This document shows positions 55,260 through 64,000 of a DNA stretch of 64,000 nt, piece after piece. The position numbers and the translations under genes were made by a program. Position 1 is the first letter of the stretch; every line of letters begins with the position of its first letter. The notes beneath the pieces are model-generated. The model saw nothing but the letters and a program-made list of their open reading frames with translations, did no database searches and was not told the DNA's origin. The DNA comes from Acutalibacteraceae bacterium. Lineage in GTDB: Bacteria > Bacillota > Clostridia > Oscillospirales > Acutalibacteraceae. The stretch lies in the NCBI GenBank assembly GCA_045642725.1, contig JAZUJJ010000105.1, positions 5,584 to 69,583 on the forward strand, read 5' to 3'.

Positions 55260-56897
55260 TCAGCTCTTTATCTGTGCTTCAACAAGTCTGCCGTGGCAGT
55301 ATCTCTGACGAAGCACGGGGTTTTCGATTTTGCCGGTGGGATTTCTGGGAACATCGGCAAAAATAATCTTTCTTGGTCTCTTGTATCTGGGCAGCTCGGT
55401 GCAGAATTCATTGATTTCTTCTTCCGTGCACTCCATGCCTTCTTTGATTTCGATAATTGCGGTGGCAATTTCACCCAGACGCGGGTCGGGCATGCCGATA
55501 ACGGCAACATCCTTTATCTTGTCATTCTTGCGAAGGAAGGCTTCTATCTGAACGGGGTAAAGATTTTCGCCGCCGGAAATGATAACATCTTTCTTTCTGT
55601 CAACAAGTGTGATAAAGCCGTCCTCGTCGATTTCGGCCATATCTCCGGTAAAGAGCCAGCCGTCCTTGAGAATTTCTGCGGTGGCATCGGGATTCTTATA
55701 GTAACATTTCATTACGCCGGGGCCCTTGACTGCAAGCTCACCGACCTCGCCGACGGCAACTTCATCGCCCTCGTCGTTGATGACTTTGGTTTCCCAAAGG
55801 TAGCCAGCTTTGCCGATGGCACCGACCTTATGAACATTCTCAACACCGAGATGAACGCAGCCCGGCCCGAGAGATTCGCTGAGGCCGTAGTTTGTGTCAT
55901 ACTGATGGTTGGGGAAGTATTTGAGCCAGCGGTGAATGAGTGAGGGGGGAACGGGCTGAGCACCGATGTGAAGAAGTCTCCACTGCTCAAGCAGATAATG
56001 GTCCATATTTATTTTGCCCGATTCAATGGCGTCGAGCATATCCTGAGCCCAGGGAACGAGAAGCCAGACTATTGTGCATTTTTCTTCGGTTACGGCGCGG
56101 AGTATCCATTCGGGCTTGACACCTCTGAGCAGAACGGCCTTGCTGCCTGAGAAAAGTGAACCGAACCAGTGCATTTTTGCACCTGTATGGTAAAGGGGAG
56201 GAATGCAGAGGAAAACATCGTCACGGGTCTGACCGTGGTGAGCCTGCTCGGTTACGCAGGAGCAGTAAAGACCCTTGTGGTCATGAAGAATGGCCTTGGG
56301 GAAGCCTGTTGTGCCGGATGAAAAATAAATGGCCGCATAGTCATCCTCTCTGATGTCAACGGGAGGACAGAGTGAGGAGCAGAATCTCATGAGAGACCAG
56401 CAGTCCTCGGTGTATTCGGGGCCGTTTTTGCCGACGAAGAACATGGTTTTGATTTTCGGAACATCGTTGTGAATGGCATCCATTCTTGTGACGAATTCGG
56501 GCCCGAAAAGAAGAATTTCAATATCGGCAAGATCAACGCAGTATTGAATTTCATCTGCGGAATATCTGAAATTGAGAGGCACGGCAATACAGCCGGATTT
56601 GAGAATACCGAAATAGAGCGGAAGCCACTCAATGCAGTTCATAAGGAGTATGCCGACTTTTGTTCCCTTTTTGACACCTCTGCTCAGAAGCAGATTTGCA
56701 AAGCGGTTTGCTTTTCTGTCAAAGCTTGACCAGGAAAGGTCTCTGCGGTAGGGAGCGTCGGGATTTGTGATTCCGATAAGGCTTGCTTCACGCCAGGTCG
56801 TGGCCTTATCTCTTTCGTCTGAGGGATTTATCTCAACCAGTGCGATGTCATCCCTGTAAAGGCGTGCGTTTCTTTCGAGCAGTTCTGTAATTAACAT
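55260..56897 (-). CDS. Acyl/aryl-CoA ligase (AMP-binding, class I adenylating enzyme)
   Basis: YFSSGTTGFPK, YGLSE, FTGD, DRKKDVIISGGEN, PTGK. Confidence 0.9.
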   Translation of the reverse strand: MLITELLERNARLYRDDIALVEINPSDERDKATTWREASLIGITNPDAPYRRDLSWSSFDRKANRFANLLLSRGVKKGTKVGILLMNCIEWLPLYFGILKSGCIAVPLNFRYSADEIQYCVDLADIEILLFGPEFVTRMDAIHNDVPKIKTMFFVGKNGPEYTEDCWSLMRFCSSLCPPVDIREDDYAAIYFSSGTTGFPKAILHDHKGLYCSCVTEQAHHGQTRDDVFLCIPPLYHTGAKMHWFGSLFSGSKAVLLRGVKPEWILRAVTEEKCTIVWLLVPWAQDMLDAIESGKINMDHYLLEQWRLLHIGAQPVPPSLIHRWLKYFPNHQYDTNYGLSESLGPGCVHLGVENVHKVGAIGKAGYLWETKVINDEGDEVAVGEVGELAVKGPGVMKCYYKNPDATAEILKDGWLFTGDMAEIDEDGFITLVDRKKDVIISGGENLYPVQIEAFLRKNDKIKDVAVIGMPDPRLGEIATAIIEIKEGMECTEEEINEFCTELPRYKRPRKIIFADVPRNPTGKIENPVLRQRYCHGRLVEAQIKS

Positions 56898-56920
56898 GAT
56901 TTCCTCCTTGCTTCCGGGAA

Positions 56921-57200
56921 ATAAAAAAGCCCCCGGAGCTTTGATAATAGCTCTGAGGACGAGTCAAGCCCGTGGTACCACCTCAATTTACCGCTGAAAA
57001 CGGCCTCGATGAGCAACTGACATTGCTCTCACGCTGTAACGGGCGCCCCCGTCACCGCCTACTTTTCGTCAGATTTTTCAATCTCCGTGTTCGGGGTGCG
57101 GCTCGGAAAGGTATTCGGTTATCCTGCTTCTGCCTGCTCGCACCGGCCGCCGGCTCTCTGAAGAAGCAAATGATGACTTACTGTTTTTCGTCAAAGCCTT
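56921..57200 (-). promoter_or_regulatory. T-box riboswitch, Tyr (UAC) specifier
   Basis: Minus strand: AGTA, AGAGA, GGTG boxes; GAA-TAC (57116-57111); AATTGAGGTGGTACCACG antiterminator; overlapping terminator followed by TTTTTT. Confidence 0.9.
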
Positions 57201-57212
57201 TTTATTAGTGGT

Positions 57213-57241
57213 ATTCTATCACCGTAAAATCCGTTTGTCAA
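57213..57241 (-). promoter_or_regulatory. Sigma-A promoter upstream of the T-box
   Basis: TTGACA-17-TAGAAT with extended TG. Confidence 0.85.
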
Positions 57242-57290
57242 TGTTTTTCTGTGCTGTTGCCGCAGAAAAAGCCGAAATATCCGAAAATCC

Positions 57291-57319
57291 TTGATTTATC
57301 TTTTATATAATGTTATACT
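57291..57319 (+). promoter_or_regulatory. Sigma-A promoter of the recJ operon
   Basis: TTGATT-17-TATACT with extended TG. Confidence 0.7.
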
Positions 57320-57345
57320 AATCAAATATTGAAAGGAATGATACA

Positions 57346-59385
57346 GTGAAACGAAAGAAGTGGATCGTCTCGAAGGGCAACAAGGAGCTGGCTTCTCTTG
57401 CTTCTCAGGAGCTCGGTATAGACCCCCTTGCGGCTTTGCTCGTTACCTCGCGTGGGTTTGAAGACACAGAGTCGCTGGCAGAGTTTTTTGATACCGATGC
57501 ACCTTTGTCTCTTGACCCGTTTTCAATAAAAGATATGGATGCTGCCGCCGCGCGTATAAACGCCGCTGTTGACGGCTTTGAAATGATATGCGTTTTCGGT
57601 GATTATGACTGTGACGGTGTAACGGCAACGGCTCTTACCTACGCTTATCTCGAAAGCCGCGGTGCCAATGTCATAAGATATATTCCCGACAGAATTTCAG
57701 AGGGCTACGGTCTCAACAAAAATGCCGTTAAAGAGCTTCACGATATGGGCGTTAAGCTCATTGTTACCGTTGATAACGGAGTTTCCGCCATTGAAGAGGT
57801 TGAGTATGCCTATTCTCTCGGTATGCAGGTCGTTGTTACCGACCACCATAAGGCGGGCGATGTGCTTCCTGTCTGCGAAGCTGTTGTTGACCCTCACAGA
57901 AGTGACTGCCCCAGCCCGTTCAAGGAGCTTGCGGGTGTCGGCGTTGCCTTCAAGCTTGTCTGTGCTCTTGAAGGCTGTGATGAAGATGAGCTTCTGGAGG
58001 AATACGGTGAATTTGTTGCTCTGGGTACCATCGGTGATGTGGTTTCTCTTACCGGGGAAAACAGAGTGCTTGTCAGCAGGGGAATAAGATATATAAACGA
58101 GCATCCCGGTATAGGCGTTGCCGCCCTCATAGAAGCATCGGGGCTTAAAGATAAAACCTTTACATCTTCAAGTGCCGCCTATTCACTTTGCCCGAGGATA
58201 AATGCCGCCGGCAGAATGGGCAGTGCCGACAAGGCTCTTGAACTTCTTCTCTGTGATGACCCGGATGAAGCCGGATATATCGCTTCGGAAATCAGCTCAA
58301 TGAATTCCGAGCGTCAGGGCACGGAAAATGAAATATACAAAAAAGCACTTGCAATCATACAGGATAACCCGGAAATCGGAAACGGAAAAATCATCGTTGT
58401 TGACGGTGAAGACTGGCATCAGGGCGTTGTGGGCATAGTTGCCGCAAAGCTTACGGAGCATTTCGGAAGACCTTCCGTCGTTATTTCCCGTTCCGGTGAT
58501 GATGCCAAGGGTTCCTGCCGCAGTATAGAAGGCTTCTCGATTTTCGATGCCATTGAAGCGGTTTCCGATTGCCTGACTCATTACGGCGGCCACACCCTGG
58601 CCGCAGGTGTGGGTATGAAGCCGGAGATGATACCGGAATTCAGAAGAAGAATAAACGAATATGCCGCCGATAAAGAGGTTCCCTTTGCGGTGCAGAGAGT
58701 TGACTGCAGAATACAGCCCTCATCCGTCAGCCTCAGCCTTCTGCCGGGCGTGTCGGTTCTCGAGCCCTACGGCGCGGGTAATCCTCAGCCCTGCTTCGGG
58801 CTTTTCGGGGTGACGATAGAAGATATTTCCGGTCTTTCCGAAGGAAAGCATACAAGAATTCTTGTTTCAAAGAACGGAGTCAAGACAAGCACCGTGTTTT
58901 TCGGTATGCCCGACAAGCGTTTTCCCTTTGAAAAAGGTGATGTTGTTGACCTTGCCGTAAACCTTGAAAAGAATGTTTACAACGGTGACGAAAGAGTTTC
59001 GGCGGTGGTCAGAGGTGTAAGACCTTCAGTTACAGACGAAGAAAAGGTTCTTTCCGCCATTTCTCTTTACGATAAATTCACAAGAAACGAAAAGCTTACT
59101 CAGAGTCAGGCCGCTGCACTTACACCGGACAGAAGCACTCAGGTGGATGTATTCAGAGCCATTAAAGCAAAGCCTCTGAAGGACGGTTACTGTGAGCAGC
59201 TTTGCGTAAGACTGGGTGATGACGGCACAAAGCTTGCCGCATATATGGTTACGGTAAACATGATGACGGAAATGGGCGTGCTTGCCGTTGATGAGGATAA
59301 CAGAATATATGCTCCGGAAAGTCAGGGTAAGGTCAACCTTGAGGATTCCTCCGCAATGAAAAAATTACGCTGTTTGCAGGTGTGA
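57346..59385 (+). CDS. recJ: ssDNA exonuclease RecJ
   Basis: FGDYDCDG, TVDNG, TDHH, GTIGD, PRINAAGR, GGHTLAAG. Confidence 0.96.
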   Translation: MKRKKWIVSKGNKELASLASQELGIDPLAALLVTSRGFEDTESLAEFFDTDAPLSLDPFSIKDMDAAAARINAAVDGFEMICVFGDYDCDGVTATALTYAYLESRGANVIRYIPDRISEGYGLNKNAVKELHDMGVKLIVTVDNGVSAIEEVEYAYSLGMQVVVTDHHKAGDVLPVCEAVVDPHRSDCPSPFKELAGVGVAFKLVCALEGCDEDELLEEYGEFVALGTIGDVVSLTGENRVLVSRGIRYINEHPGIGVAALIEASGLKDKTFTSSSAAYSLCPRINAAGRMGSADKALELLLCDDPDEAGYIASEISSMNSERQGTENEIYKKALAIIQDNPEIGNGKIIVVDGEDWHQGVVGIVAAKLTEHFGRPSVVISRSGDDAKGSCRSIEGFSIFDAIEAVSDCLTHYGGHTLAAGVGMKPEMIPEFRRRINEYAADKEVPFAVQRVDCRIQPSSVSLSLLPGVSVLEPYGAGNPQPCFGLFGVTIEDISGLSEGKHTRILVSKNGVKTSTVFFGMPDKRFPFEKGDVVDLAVNLEKNVYNGDERVSAVVRGVRPSVTDEEKVLSAISLYDKFTRNEKLTQSQAAALTPDRSTQVDVFRAIKAKPLKDGYCEQLCVRLGDDGTKLAAYMVTVNMMTEMGVLAVDEDNRIYAPESQGKVNLEDSSAMKKLRCLQV

Positions 59386-61649
59386 AAATGAATAAATTCA
59401 GCGAAACGGATACCGAAAGCTTTTCAACCCCCGAAGAAGGAATTGAAAAACTGCTTGCCATGGCGGCGGAAACCTTTTCCGCCGAAGAGCTTGAAAAAAT
59501 AAAAAAGGCTTATGATGTTGCTTCTGCAGCCCACGGAAATCAGCTCAGACTTTCCGGAGAGCCTTATATAATTCATCCGCTGAATGTTGCGATGATAACC
59601 GCAAGGCTGGGTATGGACCCGGCCTCGGTCGTTGCGGCTCTTCTTCACGATACCGTGGAGGATACGGGCATGACCGTGGAGGAAATAAAAGAAGGCTTCG
59701 GCGAAACGGTTGCGGAGCTTGTGGACGGCTTGACGAAAATCCGTCAGGTTCCCACCAAAACCGAGGAAAGAAAAGACGACAGTATTTTTATTGACCCCAC
59801 AAGCACAAAGCAGCAGCAACAGGCGGAAACCATCCGCAAAATGCTGCTTGCAATGTCGAAGGATATAAGAGTTATCATTGTCAAGCTTGCGGACAGGCTT
59901 CACAATATGAGAACTCTTGAATTCAAGCGTGAACAGCGCAGACGCGAAATTGCTCTTGAAACCATTGAAATTTATGCCCCCATAGCTCACCGTCTCGGTA
60001 TCAGACCCATAAAAGAGGAGCTGGAGGACCTTTCGATAAGCTATCTTGACCCCGTTGCTTATCAGGATATTGCCGATTCCCTCGAAAAGCAGGGAAAGGC
60101 AAGGCAAGAATTTCTTGATAATATCAAAGAGCGTATTTCCGAAAGAGCCAAAGAAATGGTTCCCGATGCGCAGGTCAGCGCAAGAATAAAATCAGTTCAC
60201 GGCATATACAGAAAGATGTATATGCAGAATAAGAATTTTGATGAAATTTACGATATTTACGCCGTAAGAATAATTGTTGACACGGTTATTGACTGCTACA
60301 ACTGTCTTGGTATAATCCACGATATGTTCAAGCCCATTCCGGGCAGATTCAAGGATTATATTTCAAACCCCAAGGCCAATATGTATCAGTCACTTCACAC
60401 CACCGTTCTCGGCAAAGAGGGTATTCCCTTTGAAGTTCAGATACGAACCTGGGATATGCACCGCACCGCCGAATACGGTGTTGCCGCTCACTGGAAATAC
60501 AAGCTGGGTATGGGCAGCAAGTCCGACCCCGGTGACCAGCATCTTGCCTGGGTGCGCCAGCTTCTTGAAACCCAGAAGGAAAACGAAGGCGTTGAGGACA
60601 TAGTCACCACCATAAAGAGTGACCTTGTGCCCGAGGAGGTTTTTGTTTTCACTCCGAGAGGCGATGTATTCAATCTTCCCAGCGGTTCTACGGTCATTGA
60701 CTTTGCTTACGCCATTCATTCAGCCGTCGGCAATAAGATGATAGGCGCAAAGGTTGACGGGCGAATCGTTCCCATAGACTATGTTGTAAAAACGGGCGAA
60801 ATCATAGAAATACTCATTTCCTCTCAGCAGGGCAAGGGTCCGAGCCGTGACTGGCTGAAGATAGTCAAGACAAGTCAGGCAAGAAGCAAAATCAGACAGT
60901 GGTACAAGAAAGAGCGCAGAGAGGAAAACATTGCCGAGGGCAAGGGCGAGCTTGAAAGAGAATTCAAGAGAAACTTCATCCGCCTTACGGATGAAGAGTA
61001 CGAGCCCTTCGTTATGAAAATGGCTGAGCGTCAGCATTGCAAAAATATTGAGGAATTTTATGCGGCCATCGGTTACGGCGGAATTTCTCTGTCGAAGCTC
61101 ATGCCGAGGGCCAAGGATGATTATCTTAAGCTCACGAAGCTCAATGAACCTGCTCCCGTAAAAACCGTTCCCGTCAAGAAAAAGACAAAATCCAACGACG
61201 GTGTTATCGTTGAAGGTATCGACAACTGCCTTATCAAGTTTTCACGATGCTGCAATCCTCTGCCGGGTGATGAAATCATCGGATTTATCACAAGAGGTCA
61301 CGGCGTTTCGGTTCACACGAAAAAATGTCCGAATGTGCCTGATGATATTTCATCCTGCGACGAGCCTGAAAGATGGGTCGCCGCTTACTGGGACACAAAT
61401 ATCCGTGAGGAATTCAAATGTACACTTCAGCTGTACTGTCTTAACCGCATAGGACTGCTTGCCGATGTTTCGGGCCTTCTTGCAAACCTTCACATAAATA
61501 TTACCGAGATAAATTCAAGAAGCATGAAGGACGGCAGAACTACGATTTTTGTTACCGTTTGTGTAAACGGTGTTGAGCATCTCAACGGGCTTACCGCAAG
61601 ACTTGAAAAGATTGACGGCGTTCTCAGCATAGAACGCTCCGGAATATAA
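59382..61649 (+). CDS. relA: Bifunctional (p)ppGpp synthetase/hydrolase (RelA/SpoT family)
   Basis: GEPYIIHP, LLHDTVED, KLADRLHNMRTL, YQSLHT, EVQIRT, TGS and ACT domains. Confidence 0.97.
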   Translation: MKMNKFSETDTESFSTPEEGIEKLLAMAAETFSAEELEKIKKAYDVASAAHGNQLRLSGEPYIIHPLNVAMITARLGMDPASVVAALLHDTVEDTGMTVEEIKEGFGETVAELVDGLTKIRQVPTKTEERKDDSIFIDPTSTKQQQQAETIRKMLLAMSKDIRVIIVKLADRLHNMRTLEFKREQRRREIALETIEIYAPIAHRLGIRPIKEELEDLSISYLDPVAYQDIADSLEKQGKARQEFLDNIKERISERAKEMVPDAQVSARIKSVHGIYRKMYMQNKNFDEIYDIYAVRIIVDTVIDCYNCLGIIHDMFKPIPGRFKDYISNPKANMYQSLHTTVLGKEGIPFEVQIRTWDMHRTAEYGVAAHWKYKLGMGSKSDPGDQHLAWVRQLLETQKENEGVEDIVTTIKSDLVPEEVFVFTPRGDVFNLPSGSTVIDFAYAIHSAVGNKMIGAKVDGRIVPIDYVVKTGEIIEILISSQQGKGPSRDWLKIVKTSQARSKIRQWYKKERREENIAEGKGELEREFKRNFIRLTDEEYEPFVMKMAERQHCKNIEEFYAAIGYGGISLSKLMPRAKDDYLKLTKLNEPAPVKTVPVKKKTKSNDGVIVEGIDNCLIKFSRCCNPLPGDEIIGFITRGHGVSVHTKKCPNVPDDISSCDEPERWVAAYWDTNIREEFKCTLQLYCLNRIGLLADVSGLLANLHINITEINSRSMKDGRTTIFVTVCVNGVEHLNGLTARLEKIDGVLSIERSGI

Positions 61650-61660
61650 GGTGATAATGA

Positions 61661-62119
61661 ATGAAAGCTGTTGTTCAGCGTGTTTCCGCTTCAAAGGTTA
61701 CGGTTGACGGGGAGCTTAAGGGCAAAATCGGCCGCGGCTTCAATGTGCTTGTCTGCGTAATGAACGGTGACGAAAAAAGCGATGCGGAGATACTTGCCGC
61801 AAAAATTTCAAAGCTCAGGGTTTTTGAGGACCCCGACGGCAAAATGAATCTTGATATCCACGATGTTGACGGTGAGGTGCTGGCAATCTCCCAGTTTACT
61901 CTTGCCGCCGACCTGAAAAAAGGAAACAGACCGTCTTTCTTTTCCTCCGCTCCGCCGGAGTTTGCCGAGAATATGTATGAGTATTTCTGCTCGCAGCTTC
62001 TTGCAAACGGAGTCAAAAAAGTGGAAAAAGGCGTTTTCGGTGCCGATATGAAGGTGGATATTCACAATGACGGACCCGTAACGATAATTATGGATACCGA
62101 AATCTGGAAAAAGAAGTGA
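61661..62119 (+). CDS. dtd: D-aminoacyl-tRNA deacylase
   Basis: MKAVVQRV, SQFTL, NDGPVT. Confidence 0.96.
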   Translation: MKAVVQRVSASKVTVDGELKGKIGRGFNVLVCVMNGDEKSDAEILAAKISKLRVFEDPDGKMNLDIHDVDGEVLAISQFTLAADLKKGNRPSFFSSAPPEFAENMYEYFCSQLLANGVKKVEKGVFGADMKVDIHNDGPVTIIMDTEIWKKK

Positions 62120-62772
62120 TACAGATGAAAATTACAAAGCTTGAGCTTGAATACGAATCCCTTGCGAACTGTTATCTGCTTACCGATGAGGAAAGCGGGG
62201 AATCGGTTGTGATTGACCCGGGCTGTTATATGGATGTGCTTAAAAATGCCGTCTTTGCCGACGGTATAAAGCTGAAATACATTCTGCTTACCCACGGCCA
62301 TTTTGACCATATTCTCGGAGCCTCTTATCTGAGCGAAGCAAGCGGAGCTCCCATTGCCGTTCACCCGGCTGACGAAGAATGCCTCAGAAGCAGAGAGCTG
62401 AGCCTTATGAACAGATTCAATGTTATGGCAGAGCTTTACCCCGGCAAGGGAGAAATAAGTATTGACGAGGGCAGCGAAATCAAATTCGGAAATACGGTTC
62501 TTAAGGTTATGCACACACCCGGTCATTCCGAGGGCTGTGTATGCTTCATAAATGAAAAAGACAGAGTGATTTTCAGCGGCGATACCCTTTTCCGCGCTAC
62601 CGTCGGCAGAACGGATGCCATAGGCGGCAGTGACGAAAAGCTTGCCGGGTCGGTAAAAAGGCTCATTGACCTTGATGGGGATTATGAGATTTATCCCGGT
62701 CACGGCCCTTCGACCACCCTTGCCAATGAAAGAGTTCGTAATATTTATGTCAGAAGGATGATTAAAAGGTGA
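62116..62772 (+). CDS. Metallo-beta-lactamase-fold hydrolase (glyoxalase II-like)
   Basis: THGHFDHI, HTPGHS, SGDTLF, PGHG. Confidence 0.92.
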   Translation: MIQMKITKLELEYESLANCYLLTDEESGESVVIDPGCYMDVLKNAVFADGIKLKYILLTHGHFDHILGASYLSEASGAPIAVHPADEECLRSRELSLMNRFNVMAELYPGKGEISIDEGSEIKFGNTVLKVMHTPGHSEGCVCFINEKDRVIFSGDTLFRATVGRTDAIGGSDEKLAGSVKRLIDLDGDYEIYPGHGPSTTLANERVRNIYVRRMIKR

Positions 62773-64000
62773 TTCTTCGCATATCGGGTCACGATTTCCA
62801 CTATGAGTGTGAAAATCTGTGCAGAGTTTTCTTCCCCAATGAAAAAATAAATATTGTTTATGACGGCTCCGGAGAAGACCCGGTCACGGTCGTGACGGAA
62901 TATTCCGTAGGCAGAGCCTGCGTTTCGGCAGAGATAAACGGCGAAAAAAAGGCACTTGAGCGGGAATGTGATGACGAAAGTGCAGAGCTTACCGTTGCAA
63001 AGCTCATCTTTTCTGCTCTTTCGGAGCTTACGGGCTATGTTCCCCCCTGGGGCGTGCTTACGGGCGTAAGGCCCTCAAAGCTCATGCTTCGTCTTATTGC
63101 GGATATGGGCGAGGAAGAGGCCGTTAAGTATTTTACCGACGACCTTCTTGTAAGCAGGGCTAAGACCGAGCTTGCCGTGACCGTTGCAAAGGCAGAGCAG
63201 GAAATAGTCGCTTCCTCAAAGCCGGAGTCATTCAGCCTTTATGTTTCAATTCCTTTTTGCCCGTCAAGATGCAGCTATTGCTCATTCGTGAGCCATTCCA
63301 TTGCCAACTCCAACGCCAAAAAGCTTTTCCCCGAGTACATAGAAAAGCTTGCCGAGGAGCTTGAATATACGGGCAGAATAGCAAAGGAAACGGGGCTGCG
63401 CCTTGAAAGCATTTATTTCGGCGGCGGCACTCCCGGTGTGCTGGAGGCTTCGCAGCTTGATATGCTCCAGTGTACCATTGAAAAGAGCTTTGACCTTTCC
63501 AATCTCAGGGAATATACCGTTGAAATGGGCCGGCCGGACACCGTTACACCTGAAAAGCTCCGTGTTCTCAAGCTTCACAATACAGACAGAATAAGCATAA
63601 ATCCCCAGACCTTCAATCAGAAGACTCTTGATGAGGTCGGCAGAAAGCATACGGTTGACCAGGCTATTGAGGCTTACCGCCTTGCAAGGTCATACGGCTT
63701 CAAGTGCATAAATATGGATTTGATAGCGGGCCTGCCGGGAGAGAAATTTGAAGATTTCCGTGACAGCCTTGATACTGCGGTGTCGCTTTCGCCCGAAAAT
63801 ATTACGGTTCATTCCCTCGCTCTTAAGCGTTCATCCACGCTCAGCTATGAGGGAGCGGAGGTTGCCGACGGCAACGAAGCGAAAAAAATGCTGGATTATG
63901 CTCTTGACAAACTCACTTCTTCCGAGTATTCTCCTTATTACATGTACCGCCAGAGCAAATGCGTCGGAAATCTCGAAAATGTGGGCTGGTGCAGAAACGG
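62769..64000 (+). CDS. hemZ: HemZ-type radical SAM protein (partial; runs off the window)
   Basis: GTG 62769; PPWGVLTGVRPSK, LYVSIPFCPSRCSYCSF, YFGGGTP; typical rel-dtd-MBL-hemZ synteny. Confidence 0.88.
   Translation, partial: MILRISGHDFHYECENLCRVFFPNEKINIVYDGSGEDPVTVVTEYSVGRACVSAEINGEKKALERECDDESAELTVAKLIFSALSELTGYVPPWGVLTGVRPSKLMLRLIADMGEEEAVKYFTDDLLVSRAKTELAVTVAKAEQEIVASSKPESFSLYVSIPFCPSRCSYCSFVSHSIANSNAKKLFPEYIEKLAEELEYTGRIAKETGLRLESIYFGGGTPGVLEASQLDMLQCTIEKSFDLSNLREYTVEMGRPDTVTPEKLRVLKLHNTDRISINPQTFNQKTLDEVGRKHTVDQAIEAYRLARSYGFKCINMDLIAGLPGEKFEDFRDSLDTAVSLSPENITVHSLALKRSSTLSYEGAEVADGNEAKKMLDYALDKLTSSEYSPYYMYRQSKCVGNLENVGWCRN

Overview
64-kb chromosomal window from a Clostridia/Oscillospirales-like anaerobe (inferred from gene content, sigma-A promoters and a T-box; not verified by search). 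The housekeeping backbone (sigH-like, rpsO-pnp, glgP-tadA, rlmD, recJ-rel-dtd-MBL-hemZ) is interleaved with many exported or surface proteins. The centre (about 21.9-36.1 kb) is accessory DNA in two parts. (i) An island at the 3' end of rlmD: the gene now carries a foreign C-terminal extension and is followed by a GmrSD-like DUF262/DUF1524 nuclease, a PIN protein, and a ~400-bp stretch of decayed copies of the rlmD VDMFPRT|HVET junction. No integrase is in the window. (ii) An AT-rich, single-promoter operon encoding three paralogous ~638-aa B12-dependent radical SAM enzymes, a polyprenol-type GT2, an Fkp-like fucokinase/pyrophosphorylase, a catalytically degenerate Lgt homologue and a small membrane protein. 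This is the best candidate for an undescribed system (methylated-sugar or glycolipid tailoring). Also notable: a Tyr-specifier T-box over an acyl-CoA ligase-iorAB-paaK-ACT operon (suggesting biosynthetic use of aryl acids), a minimised tRNA-like element before a zinc-ribbon gene, a REP-like hairpin family with compensatory changes, recurrent Phe/Ile-rich amphipathic terminal tags on exported enzymes, and a heparinase II/III-GPH transporter operon. All family calls come from motif recognition only; no searches were run.
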